Shown: positions 19,480 through 28,249 of the stretch, one piece after another
Position numbering within the stretch: position 1 is the first letter of the stretch
Layout of the letters: each line of letters begins with the position of its first letter
Assembly: GCA_009773005.1 (NCBI GenBank)
Contig: WOUT01000002.1
Location: 10,100 to 74,099, forward strand
Origin: Chloroflexota bacterium
Lineage (GTDB): Bacteria > Chloroflexota > Anaerolineae > Anaerolineales > Anaerolineaceae
Length of the DNA: 64,000 nt
Direction: 5' to 3'
Translations under genes and position numbers: made by a program
The notes under the pieces: generated by a model
What the model saw: the letters and a program-made list of their open reading frames with translations, nothing else
Told to the model about the DNA's origin: nothing
Databases searched by the model: none

Positions 19480-21813
19480 ATGCCTGTCATTCAACCCAAG
19501 CAACAGATCTGGAGAGAACCACAACAAATTGAACTCCCGGCTGAATTTAAGACCTCATTTACTCTTCCAGATTTGGTTTTACAGACCGTTTATCGACGCG
19601 GGATTCAAAATTCCGGCGATTTAAACGCCTTTCTCGATTTTCGCAAATATTCTCCAGCCTCCCCTTACGACCTTCCGGACATGGAAAGGGCAATTCACCG
19701 GACAATAAAGGCAATTAAAGGTCGTGAAATTATCGGGGTTTGGGGAGACTTTGATGTGGACGGACAAACCGCAACCGCGGTTTTAGTCTCTGCCTTACGC
19801 TCGATCGGGGCAAACGTTGTTTACCATATCCCTGTCCGTAGCCGAGAATCTCATGGAGTACAGCTTGAAAAATTGAAAGACTTCCTGAAACAGGGTGTGA
19901 ATCTGATCATCACCTGCGACACTGGCATCTCCGCCAATGATCCTATTGTCTATGCGCAAAACTCCGGTGTGGACGTCATTATCACCGACCATCACTCTCT
20001 CCCCGAGGTACTTCCGCCTGCTTTTGCAGTGATCAATCCGCAAATGCTTGAACCGATGCATAAGCTTCGCTCATTACCTGGTGTGGGCGCTGCCTATAAA
20101 TTTGCTGAAGCGCTCCTTTTAGAAACCAACCGGGCTGAACATACCAATTCTCTGCATGACCTGGCTGCATTGGGAATCATCGCTGACATTGCCGAGATTC
20201 GGGGAGACGCGCGCTATCTCGTGCAATCCGGGATCGACCGAATTCGTAATTCATCTCGCCCCAGTATTCGAGCCATGCTAGATGGAGCCGAGATCAACCA
20301 TGAACAACTAACCGAGGAACATATCTCATTCTCATTAGCGCCCCGGTTAAACGCAATAGGCAGGCTCTCTGATGCGAACCCAATGGTCGAATTTTTGTTA
20401 TCCGAAGATCCTGCGCTTCTTTCAGTAACCGTCAACCAATTGGAAGGCCTCAATGCACGCAGGAAATTATTGTGCGACCAGGTTTTCCAAGGAGCTCTGG
20501 CTCAAATCGAACGGGATCCGGCTCTCCTTGACCACCCGGTTTTGATGCTTTCTCACCCGGAATGGCCGGCTGGTGTGGTGGGTATCGCTGCCAGCCGTCT
20601 AACTGCCATTTTTCATCGCCCGGTAATCCTTTTTGTTGCTCCACAAGACGAAAAAATGAGAGGTTCCGCTCGTTCAATCGAGGGTATTAATATAACCTCA
20701 GCCATCGCACAGCAGCAAGAACACATCTCCACATTTGGCGGGCATCCAATGGCAGCGGGTCTTTCACTCAACCCACAGAACTTTATGCAATTCCAACGCG
20801 GCATAAATCGTTCTGTAGAACAAATGATGGTTAACAATCCTGTGATACAAGAGTTGGAGATTGATGCCTTTTTTCAACCGTCTTCATTGGAGCTTGAAGA
20901 CATCCAGTCCATTGAGCTGCTTGCGCCTTTCGGGGCGGGCAACCCTCCCTTAACCTTTGCTGCCAGAGAGATGCGCCTGGTCGGATCAACTCTGGTAGGT
21001 AAAACAAAGGAGCACCTGCAAATTAGCGTCGAAGATACGAATGGGAATGAATCCAAATTGATCTGGTGGCAAGGCGCCGGTTTTCCACAACCGGATGGAG
21101 TTTTTGACCTGGCGTACACTGCCCGTACCTCAAACTATCGCGGTCAGCTGCAAGTTCAGGTGGAATGGCTGGATTACCGTGTAAACGAATCATGTCTTTC
21201 TATTAGTTCTGTGCAAAAACAAACAAACTTGGCAAATCATGATCATCGAATTGCGAAACTTCCCCAAGAAGTTTTGCTGCGTATTATTAGGGAACACAAA
21301 CCGCAGATATGGAGAGAAGGGACTGACTTTTACTCAGTCACTGGTTCCCCCAGAAATGACCTTATTTCATCAGAAAATCTCGTGGTTTGGACGGTGCCGC
21401 CAAGCCAGTTAATTCTTGATGAGTTATTATATTCTGCGACACCCAGCCAGATATTCTGGTTTGGCGTTATTCCCGCCGAAAATGACCCCGCCTTCTTCCT
21501 GAAAAATATTGCCAAAATAATTAAAAATCGATTGGTGAAACAGGAAACAAGTTTCAATATTGATCAGCTGGCTCGCTCTTCCGCTACGACCACAACCGCA
21601 GTAATCCAGGCAGTACGCTGGTTAGCCGCTCGTGGAGACATCAGTATCCTTGAAGAAGACGCCGATCATCTTCGTCTTGAATTAGGTGGGCTTAGAAATG
21701 AAGTTCTTGGATATGAAATGAAAACTCGTTTACAGAAAACGCTCACCGAGATTAAATCCTACCGCGATTATTATCTCCGGGTTGATGTTAATAATCTGAT
21801 TCAAATAAGGTAA
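19480..21813 (+). CDS. recJ: Single-stranded-DNA-specific exonuclease RecJ (long form)
   Basis: 777 aa. Contains DFDVDGQTA, ITCDTG, IITDHH and GGHPMAAG (DHH/DHHA1 motifs). Starts 6 nt after the nuclease gene. Confidence 0.9.
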   Translation: MPVIQPKQQIWREPQQIELPAEFKTSFTLPDLVLQTVYRRGIQNSGDLNAFLDFRKYSPASPYDLPDMERAIHRTIKAIKGREIIGVWGDFDVDGQTATAVLVSALRSIGANVVYHIPVRSRESHGVQLEKLKDFLKQGVNLIITCDTGISANDPIVYAQNSGVDVIITDHHSLPEVLPPAFAVINPQMLEPMHKLRSLPGVGAAYKFAEALLLETNRAEHTNSLHDLAALGIIADIAEIRGDARYLVQSGIDRIRNSSRPSIRAMLDGAEINHEQLTEEHISFSLAPRLNAIGRLSDANPMVEFLLSEDPALLSVTVNQLEGLNARRKLLCDQVFQGALAQIERDPALLDHPVLMLSHPEWPAGVVGIAASRLTAIFHRPVILFVAPQDEKMRGSARSIEGINITSAIAQQQEHISTFGGHPMAAGLSLNPQNFMQFQRGINRSVEQMMVNNPVIQELEIDAFFQPSSLELEDIQSIELLAPFGAGNPPLTFAAREMRLVGSTLVGKTKEHLQISVEDTNGNESKLIWWQGAGFPQPDGVFDLAYTARTSNYRGQLQVQVEWLDYRVNESCLSISSVQKQTNLANHDHRIAKLPQEVLLRIIREHKPQIWREGTDFYSVTGSPRNDLISSENLVVWTVPPSQLILDELLYSATPSQIFWFGVIPAENDPAFFLKNIAKIIKNRLVKQETSFNIDQLARSSATTTTAVIQAVRWLAARGDISILEEDADHLRLELGGLRNEVLGYEMKTRLQKTLTEIKSYRDYYLRVDVNNLIQIR

Positions 21814-21827
21814 CCCCGAACATCTAT

Positions 21828-21836
21828 TGGTATAAT
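21828..21836 (+). promoter_or_regulatory. Possible extended -10 element (TGgTATAAT) very close to the L,D-transpeptidase start
   Basis: tggtataat at 21828-21836 and the ATG at 21846. This would give a leader of only 2-4 nt. No good -35. Confidence 0.3.
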
Positions 21837-21845
21837 TCTGCCATT

Positions 21846-22898
21846 ATGAGTAGGCAAATATCCCGCCGTGATTTCTTAAAATTCTCTGGTCTCGCCTTGG
21901 CGAGCCTGGCTTTCAAACCTGCTTTCGATTTTGGTGAATTACAAGAAAATGACCAGATCGCCCGCATTGCCATTGATTCGGTGAGTGTTCACAGCCAGCC
22001 GGATGAGACAAGTGACATCAAATTTCAAAGGTATCGAGATGAACTGGTTAATATCTATTATGAAGTGGTCTCTGATAAAGCCCCAAAATACAATCCACTC
22101 TGGTATCGGGTCTGGGGCGGATTTATCCACTCAGCTCATCTGCAACGTGTATCTGTCAAACTAAATCCGGTCCCCTCTTCTCTTACTGAAGGTTTGCATT
22201 TGATCGAGGTCACCGTCCCTTATTCACAAAGTCTTTTTCAGCGTAAACCCGGTGAGTGGACAGATAGCTACCGGCTATATTATGATACGGTTCATTGGGT
22301 CGCAGGTCTCGCTGAAGGGCTAGACGGCGAACCTTGGTACCGCATCAGAGATGAAATGTTGAAGTATGAAGAATCCCTTGATTATTATATCCCTGCCAAA
22401 CATGCCCGAATGATTCCGGTTGAAGAAACCACTCCCATCTCACACGATGTGCCACAAGAGAAAAAACGGATCGAAGTTTCATTGTCAGATCAGGAATTAA
22501 CCGCTTTTCAGGACGAAATTGTGGTCCTGAAAACCAAAATCTCATCTGGTTTGAATTACACTCCGCCTGGAGAAACAACCTGGAAAACACCAACTGGAAA
22601 ATTTAACATTCAAAGCAAGATGCCTTCCAAGCACATGGGCAACAGTGAACCGTACTCCAATGCTCAGCCCGGTGCCTATGTCTTACCTGGTGTCTCCTGG
22701 GTTTCCTTTTTTGAGATGAAAAACGGTGTGGCTTTTCACGGTACCCACTGGCATCAAAATTTCGGAATGCCGATGAGTCACGGTTGTATCAATATGAAGA
22801 CCGAAGAAGCCCGCTGGTTATTCCGCTGGGTGACTCCTGTTGCGGATATGCAAAAAATGGAAACCCGCGGATATGGGACGCAGGTGACTGTTTACTGA
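21846..22898 (+). CDS. L,D-transpeptidase (YkuD domain) with a twin-arginine signal
   Basis: 350 aa. Tat motif SRRDFLKFSGLALASLAF. Catalytic region HGTHWHQNFGMPMSHGCINM. Confidence 0.85.
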   Translation: MSRQISRRDFLKFSGLALASLAFKPAFDFGELQENDQIARIAIDSVSVHSQPDETSDIKFQRYRDELVNIYYEVVSDKAPKYNPLWYRVWGGFIHSAHLQRVSVKLNPVPSSLTEGLHLIEVTVPYSQSLFQRKPGEWTDSYRLYYDTVHWVAGLAEGLDGEPWYRIRDEMLKYEESLDYYIPAKHARMIPVEETTPISHDVPQEKKRIEVSLSDQELTAFQDEIVVLKTKISSGLNYTPPGETTWKTPTGKFNIQSKMPSKHMGNSEPYSNAQPGAYVLPGVSWVSFFEMKNGVAFHGTHWHQNFGMPMSHGCINMKTEEARWLFRWVTPVADMQKMETRGYGTQVTVY

Positions 22899-24106
22899 TC
22901 CAGACCTTCAGGGGTATCGTTCCCGACAAAATGACCAAAAACCCTGTTCCCGAATAACCGTCCTTTTGGTGTTAGCCGGTAACGGTCTTGGTCTTCAGGG
23001 TGAACCTCAATAAGCTTTTGTTTCATCAATAACGAAACCTGGTTGTTGAATACGTTGTCTATTGATTGATCAAATCTGTCTTGAAAATCTTTCTTCGAAA
23101 CTCCTTCATCCGTCAGACGAAAACCTACCATCAAATACTCCTGCATCTGATCCCATTTGGTTAACTTGATGGCGTTTACACATGCCGGGCTGGAAGGAAA
23201 ACTATCTGAGACTGGGTTTTCTATCCTGTTTATGAACTGAATGATCTTACTTTCGTTCTCGGTTCTAACCCCATCGTAAAAGCCATGCGCACCAGCGCCA
23301 AAACCCAAATATGGCAAATACCGCCAATACTGCAGGTTGTGTCTACATTTCGCATTCATGGCTTTGCCTCTCGAGGTCGCCCAATTTGAGATCTCATATT
23401 GGGCGAATCCGCCTTGAGCGAGCCGTTCTCCTGCATATTCATACATCGCAGCGGCAAGATCATCATCAGGTTCCAAAAGCAAACCGCTGTTGATCCATCT
23501 ATTAAGCGGTGTTCCTTCTTCCACAGACAGCGAATAGAGAGAAAAATGATCGATACTTTCCATCAAAGCCAGGTCAAGCGTTTCCTTCCAACGATCAAGT
23601 GTTTGACCAGGGATTCCGAAGATCAAATCGAGATTTATGCGTTCAAACCCGGCTTGTTGACTCCATTGCACCGACCGGATCACATCCTGGTGGGTATGTT
23701 CGCGGTCGAGAATTCTCAAGTCAGTGGGATGAGCAGATTGCATTCCAAGACTAATTCTGTTGATGCCAATAGACCGTAGCTCCTTTAGGTATTTTAATGT
23801 GACCGTACCCGGGTTTGCTTCCAAAGTAATTTCTGCCTCAGGGTCCACCTCAAATAGAGTGGAAGTCGCTTCCAGAATTTTGCCAAGTTGTTGAGCATTT
23901 AATAGCGAAGGCGTCCCGCCGCCAAAAAAAACCGTCCCGACTTTAATCGCTTTTAGTGACTGTTCACCGATAAATATAACCTCTTGGCAAAGCGCATCCA
24001 CATAAGCTGGGATGTGCTTTTTCATGCCAGCAAATGTGTTAAAATCACAGTAACCGCATCTGCGGTTACAAAAAGGAATATGGAAGTAAATACTTGTATC
24101 GACCAT
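22892..24106 (-). CDS. hemW: Radical SAM family heme chaperone HemW (HemN-like)
   Basis: 404 aa. Contains YFHIPFCNRRCGYCDF (CxxxCxxC) and FFGGGTPS. The 3' end overlaps the convergent transpeptidase gene by 7 nt. Confidence 0.85.
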   Translation of the reverse strand: MVDTSIYFHIPFCNRRCGYCDFNTFAGMKKHIPAYVDALCQEVIFIGEQSLKAIKVGTVFFGGGTPSLLNAQQLGKILEATSTLFEVDPEAEITLEANPGTVTLKYLKELRSIGINRISLGMQSAHPTDLRILDREHTHQDVIRSVQWSQQAGFERINLDLIFGIPGQTLDRWKETLDLALMESIDHFSLYSLSVEEGTPLNRWINSGLLLEPDDDLAAAMYEYAGERLAQGGFAQYEISNWATSRGKAMNAKCRHNLQYWRYLPYLGFGAGAHGFYDGVRTENESKIIQFINRIENPVSDSFPSSPACVNAIKLTKWDQMQEYLMVGFRLTDEGVSKKDFQDRFDQSIDNVFNNQVSLLMKQKLIEVHPEDQDRYRLTPKGRLFGNRVFGHFVGNDTPEGLDQ

Positions 24107-24210
24107 TCTAAACTAGAATAACACACACTTAATACCTTGCAAAGGAAACAAGGTGGTCTTTTGTGAGTTATAATACTCACTTCCGATTACCCTTGAAAGA
24201 CAAAGGAAAT

Positions 24211-25359
24211 ATGAGTCCAGAAACGAATACTTCCCCTAATAAAGTTTGTCCAACTTGTGGAACAAGATTAAGTGAAAATGCTACTCGATGCCTGGTATGT
24301 GGACGGAATTTCACGACCAGCGCGAAATCTTCCTCTTCAAGTCCCGTCCAGGGTCCTAAATTACCTGAGTTGAAATTAAGCTTGCCGGCAGCGCTTGGAC
24401 TGGTTGTTTTGGTCCTTGGTCTCGGCGCGGCTCTGATATATGTCATTCTGCAAACAACTGGCAGTATCACAACACCAACAGCTACCCCTACGATCACACT
24501 CACGCCAACCAGCACGAACACGCCCCCGCCAACTCAAGAACCCACGGCTGCGCCAACTCCTACTAATTTACCGCCGCTTGAATACACAGTGAAGGCTGGT
24601 GATTTTTGCAGTTCGATTGCTTTGATCTATAAAGTATCTATTCAAAGCATTGCGGATTTGAACAGACTTCCTCCAGATTGTGGAACACTTTATGAGAACC
24701 AAAAACTGCTGATCCCAATCCCAACCCCTACAGCATCCCCAATGCCGACGGCAACCCTCAGTGCTGTCGAAGCTACGCAGCAAGCATGTGGAACGGTCCA
24801 ATACCAAGTAAAAGATGGCGATACATTGAGTTCCATTTCATTGAATTACAATATCAGCATTGAATCAATCAAGAACTTCAACCGGTTGACCTCAGATAAT
24901 GTCAACCAGGGTATGTATTTGTCGTTGCCGCTTTGTGAACGCCGTCCAACTCAAGGACCAACCCCTACCCCCACGCTTCCCCCACCTTACCCGCAAGCCA
25001 GCCTCTTGCTGCCTGCTGATGGAACGGTATATACAAGTCTGAATGATTCAATTGTATTACAATGGTCCTCTGTGGGAACATTGCGTGATAGTGAAGCCTA
25101 TGCGATTACTGTTGAAGATGTAACCTCCGGTGGAGCAAAGAAGATCACTCAATATCTCAAGGAGACCAAATTGATCGTTCCCGCAAGCCTCCGACCACTG
25201 GATAACACCAGTCACATTTTCAGGTGGTCAGTTGTGGTTGTGCGCCAAACCGGTTCAACCGCAGACGGCCAACCCCTCTATGTACCCTTTGGACAGATAA
25301 GCCTTTACCGGGTGTTTGGCTGGTCTGGTACAGGTGGAGCAACTGTTCCTACACCGTAA
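24211..25359 (+). CDS. Zinc-ribbon, TM, two-LysM cell-wall-binding protein
   Basis: CPTCGTRLSENATRCLVCG, a TM helix (ALGLVVLVLGLGAALIYVIL), PT linkers, LysM 1 YTVKAGDFCSSIALIY and LysM 2 YQVKDGDTLSSISLNY. I prefer the ATG at 24211 (AAGGA upstream). The track start is a GTG at 24163. Confidence 0.8.
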   Translation: MSPETNTSPNKVCPTCGTRLSENATRCLVCGRNFTTSAKSSSSSPVQGPKLPELKLSLPAALGLVVLVLGLGAALIYVILQTTGSITTPTATPTITLTPTSTNTPPPTQEPTAAPTPTNLPPLEYTVKAGDFCSSIALIYKVSIQSIADLNRLPPDCGTLYENQKLLIPIPTPTASPMPTATLSAVEATQQACGTVQYQVKDGDTLSSISLNYNISIESIKNFNRLTSDNVNQGMYLSLPLCERRPTQGPTPTPTLPPPYPQASLLLPADGTVYTSLNDSIVLQWSSVGTLRDSEAYAITVEDVTSGGAKKITQYLKETKLIVPASLRPLDNTSHIFRWSVVVVRQTGSTADGQPLYVPFGQISLYRVFGWSGTGGATVPTP

Positions 25360-25376
25360 GGGTCGATTAAAAGCAT

Positions 25377-25411
25377 AACCCCCGGGGTACCTTTCCGGGG
25401 GTTTAATTTTT
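25377..25411. terminator. Bidirectional rho-independent terminator between the LysM gene and trxB
   Basis: aacccccgg (25377-25385) pairs with ccgggggtt (25395-25403) across a 9-nt loop, followed by taattttt. Confidence 0.75.
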
Positions 25412-25412
25412 C

Positions 25413-26330
25413 TTAATGTGAAAGAAATCTGCCTGTCTCTATGGCTGCCGCCGCCCCCATCCCCGCCGAAGTGACTACCTGCTTGAATTCAGAATCAGCA
25501 GCTTCGCCAGCCGCATAGACTCCCGAAACGCTCGTCTGCATTTTGTTGTCCACTTTGATATACCCGCGCTCGTCCATCTCAAGCTGCCCGGCATAAAGTG
25601 CATTGTTTGGTGTGTGACCAATAAATACAAAGACGCCGTCTGTTTTGATATGCTGGTCGGCGCCAGTTTTGACATTGGTCACGATCACTTCTTCCACTTT
25701 TCCGTTTCCTGAAATCTCTTTTACGACAGAATCGAGGACAAATGTAATTTTCGGATTCTCTTTGACTCTGGACTGCAACAACGCCCCAGCCCTAAAAGCA
25801 TCTCGACGATGAATAATTCTTACTTCAGAAACATATCGGGTGAGAAAAAGCGCTTCTTCAAGGGCGCTGTCTCCCCCACCGACGACAACCACTTTTTTCT
25901 CTTTAAAAAACCATCCGTCGCAGGTTGCACAGTAAGAGACGCCTCTTCCGACCAATTCTGTTTCACCTGGCACGTTCAAATTGACTGGACTGGCGCCCGT
26001 TGCAATAATCAATGCCTGTGAGAAGTATTCCTTGCCGTAAGTTGTTACCCGAAATGGTCTTGAGCTTAGTTCCACCTTGGTCACAGAATCAAATTCAATT
26101 CTTGCTCCAAATCGTTCGGCTTGTTTTTGAAAGAGTTCGCCCAACGCGGCTCCTCCAACTCCATCAGGAAACCCGGGATAGTTTTCGATCGTGTGCGTGA
26201 GGGATGCCTGCCCGCCAAGTTGCAAACCGGTAAAGACCAACGGATTCAGTTCTGCCCGCGCCGCATATAAAGCTGCAGAAAGTCCGGCAGGCCCTGCTCC
26301 TAAAATGATAACTTTTTCAATTATCTCCAT
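25413..26330 (-). CDS. trxB: Thioredoxin-disulfide reductase
   Basis: 305 aa. Contains GAGPAGLSAALYAAR, the redox-active CATCDG and VVGGGDSALEEA. Confidence 0.9.
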   Translation of the reverse strand: MEIIEKVIILGAGPAGLSAALYAARAELNPLVFTGLQLGGQASLTHTIENYPGFPDGVGGAALGELFQKQAERFGARIEFDSVTKVELSSRPFRVTTYGKEYFSQALIIATGASPVNLNVPGETELVGRGVSYCATCDGWFFKEKKVVVVGGGDSALEEALFLTRYVSEVRIIHRRDAFRAGALLQSRVKENPKITFVLDSVVKEISGNGKVEEVIVTNVKTGADQHIKTDGVFVFIGHTPNNALYAGQLEMDERGYIKVDNKMQTSVSGVYAAGEAADSEFKQVVTSAGMGAAAAIETGRFLSH

Positions 26331-26340
26331 ATAAATTCTC

Positions 26341-27687
26341 CTAATTTGCTATTTTGTCTGTACTCTCTAATCCTTGTTCAATAATGTTTATCCCTTGAGC
26401 CAGTTCATCCTCAGTGATGATCAATGGAGGGATCAATAGTAAGATGTTCCAATGCGCATAAAGAAACACTCCATGGTCAAGCAAAAATTTCCGCAGGTAA
26501 GTCATCTCAGGACTTGACCTTCCAAATGGAGCCACAGGCTCTTTGGTTTTCTTGTTCTTGACCAATTCAATCGCCCCAAATAGTCCGATGGATCTAACCT
26601 CACCTACTGATGGGTGCCGTTCGACCAACTCTGCCAACATTTCAGCCATTACCAACCCGGTTTTTTTTGATTTTTCAACAAGATGATCTTGCTGGATCAC
26701 CTGGATTGTTGCAATGGCAGCCGCTGAAGAGATTGGATGCCCGTTATACGTTAATCCACCTTCAAAAACTCGCTCATTGAAAGTTGCCGCGATTTCAGGT
26801 TTCATTGCTACTGCACCAAGCGGCGCATAGCCTGATGTCAGACCTTTTGCCATGGTCATAATGTCCGGCACAACATTCCAATGGTTGACTGCGAACCATT
26901 CACCCGTGCGGCCAAAACCGCTCATTACTTCATCAGCGATCAAAAGGATGTGATATTGATCACACAGATCGCGAACCCCCTGCAAATACCCTTGCGGGGG
27001 AATGAAGATGCCATTGGTGCCAGTCACCGGTTCAATCATCACTGCGGCGATTGTCTCTGGGCCTTCGAAATGGATGATCTCTTCCAGATGATTCAGATAA
27101 TCACGGCAAAACTCGTCTTCAGAGATATTCGGATTTGTCCGGTGAAACGTGGAGCGATAACGGTAGGGATCCAGGAAGTGCACAACCCCGGGCATCACCG
27201 TCGGTTCCCACGCCAATCTGCGCGGATCACCGGTTAATGCGATTGCACCGTACGATGCGCCATGGTAGGACCGATAACGGGCCAGGATCTTGTGTTTTCC
27301 GGTGAAAGCACGGGCGAATTTGATCGCATTTTCATTCGCGTCTGCTCCACCCAAGGTATACAGGAACTTTGTCAATCCGGATGGTGTTATTTCGGAGAGC
27401 AACTTGCCAAGCATGGCACGGGGTTTGGTTGCCATTTGCGGTCCTGCAAAAGGTAGTTCCCTCGCTTGATCCACTATGGCATTGATCACCCGCTCATCTC
27501 CATGACCAATGTTGACACACATCACCATTGAGTTCAGATCCAAATATTGCTTTCCGTTAGTATCCCAAAAATATACTCCCTTTGCCCTTGTTACAGGGAT
27601 CGGGTTCACCCGGGATTGAGCTGACCATGTCCAAAAATTGTGTTCAAGTGAAAGCGGTAAAATTTCTGAATCAGGAAGATCGATCAT
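26341..27687 (-). CDS. Class III (omega) pyridoxal-phosphate aminotransferase
   Basis: 448 aa. Contains LIADEVMSGFGRTGEWFA and TMAKGLTSGY (PLP lysine context). Confidence 0.85.
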   Translation of the reverse strand: MIDLPDSEILPLSLEHNFWTWSAQSRVNPIPVTRAKGVYFWDTNGKQYLDLNSMVMCVNIGHGDERVINAIVDQARELPFAGPQMATKPRAMLGKLLSEITPSGLTKFLYTLGGADANENAIKFARAFTGKHKILARYRSYHGASYGAIALTGDPRRLAWEPTVMPGVVHFLDPYRYRSTFHRTNPNISEDEFCRDYLNHLEEIIHFEGPETIAAVMIEPVTGTNGIFIPPQGYLQGVRDLCDQYHILLIADEVMSGFGRTGEWFAVNHWNVVPDIMTMAKGLTSGYAPLGAVAMKPEIAATFNERVFEGGLTYNGHPISSAAAIATIQVIQQDHLVEKSKKTGLVMAEMLAELVERHPSVGEVRSIGLFGAIELVKNKKTKEPVAPFGRSSPEMTYLRKFLLDHGVFLYAHWNILLLIPPLIITEDELAQGINIIEQGLESTDKIAN

Positions 27688-27734
27688 ATTATCCTCAATA
27701 ATTCGTTTTTGTTACAATCAATATTAAATCGTAT

Positions 27735-27746
27735 CACAAATTTGTG
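27735..27746. promoter_or_regulatory. Perfect 12-bp palindrome in a divergent intergenic region (possible operator)
   Basis: CACAAATTTGTG at 27735-27746. A 7-bp/4-nt-loop hairpin ttttact-cgaa-agtaaaa lies at 27757-27774, just before the DUF309 start. Confidence 0.3.
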
Positions 27747-27781
27747 TCCGTATTACTTTTACTCGAAAGTAAAATAACCAA

Positions 27782-28249
27782 ATGACTCCTCCCTCAAGGA
27801 CAGTTGAGTTTCCACTTTCAGTTATCAAAGGAATCGGATTGATCAACAGCGGTCTGTTTTTTGAAGCGCATGAAATTTTGGAAAATGAGTGGAAAAAAGA
27901 AACCAGATCAATCCGAAGACTCTACCAGGGTTTGATCCAATTCAGTGCAGCTTGTTTACATCTTCAACGCGGCAACCGTTACGTCTCTAAGAAACTCCTG
28001 GCAAAGTCCGCCACAAATTTATCCTCTTTTTTGGACGCTCCATTAGAAATTGATCTCAAACGCCTGATAAAGGAAATGGAATTCTTAAACCTGTTTATCA
28101 ATCAAGTTTCGTTTATCGAAAACCAGGCGTCGGTGGAAATTAATTATCCCAAGATCAATGGGATTAAGTCTATTAATCCTGGATCAGGATTACCCGAGCT
28201 GGCGCTCCATCAGCATTTTCCAGTTTTAGCGGCAAGCAAAATAATGTGA
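27782..28249 (+). CDS. DUF309 domain protein
   Basis: 155 aa. GLFFEAHEILENEWKK...YQGLIQFSAACLHLQRGN matches the DUF309 pattern. The last 77 nt overlap the convergent cyclase gene. Confidence 0.7.
   Translation: MTPPSRTVEFPLSVIKGIGLINSGLFFEAHEILENEWKKETRSIRRLYQGLIQFSAACLHLQRGNRYVSKKLLAKSATNLSSFLDAPLEIDLKRLIKEMEFLNLFINQVSFIENQASVEINYPKINGIKSINPGSGLPELALHQHFPVLAASKIM

Noticed and set aside
19480-21813. RecJ length (777 aa) as an unusual C-terminal extension
   Set aside because: Long-form RecJ proteins of about this size are known (for example Bacillus-type), so it is not anomalous by itself.
24470-24990. Pro/Thr-coding low-complexity DNA as tandem repeats or mobile-element scars (similar stretches at ~13020-13110 and ~52020-52060)
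   Set aside because: These are imperfect, in-frame linker-coding segments of secreted proteins. They have no unit periodicity or flanking repeats.
27758-27769. 12-mer TTTACTCGAAAG shared by the leaders of the DUF309 gene and the thiolase gene (also at 30557-30568)
   Set aside because: Identical 12-mers are expected many times by chance in 64 kb on two strands, and the flanks are not similar.
28173-28249. 77-nt convergent overlap of the DUF309 and cyclase genes as a special regulatory arrangement
   Set aside because: The DUF309 domain ends well before the overlap, so its tail is probably just read-through to the first stop. Nothing in the sequence shows a function for the overlap.
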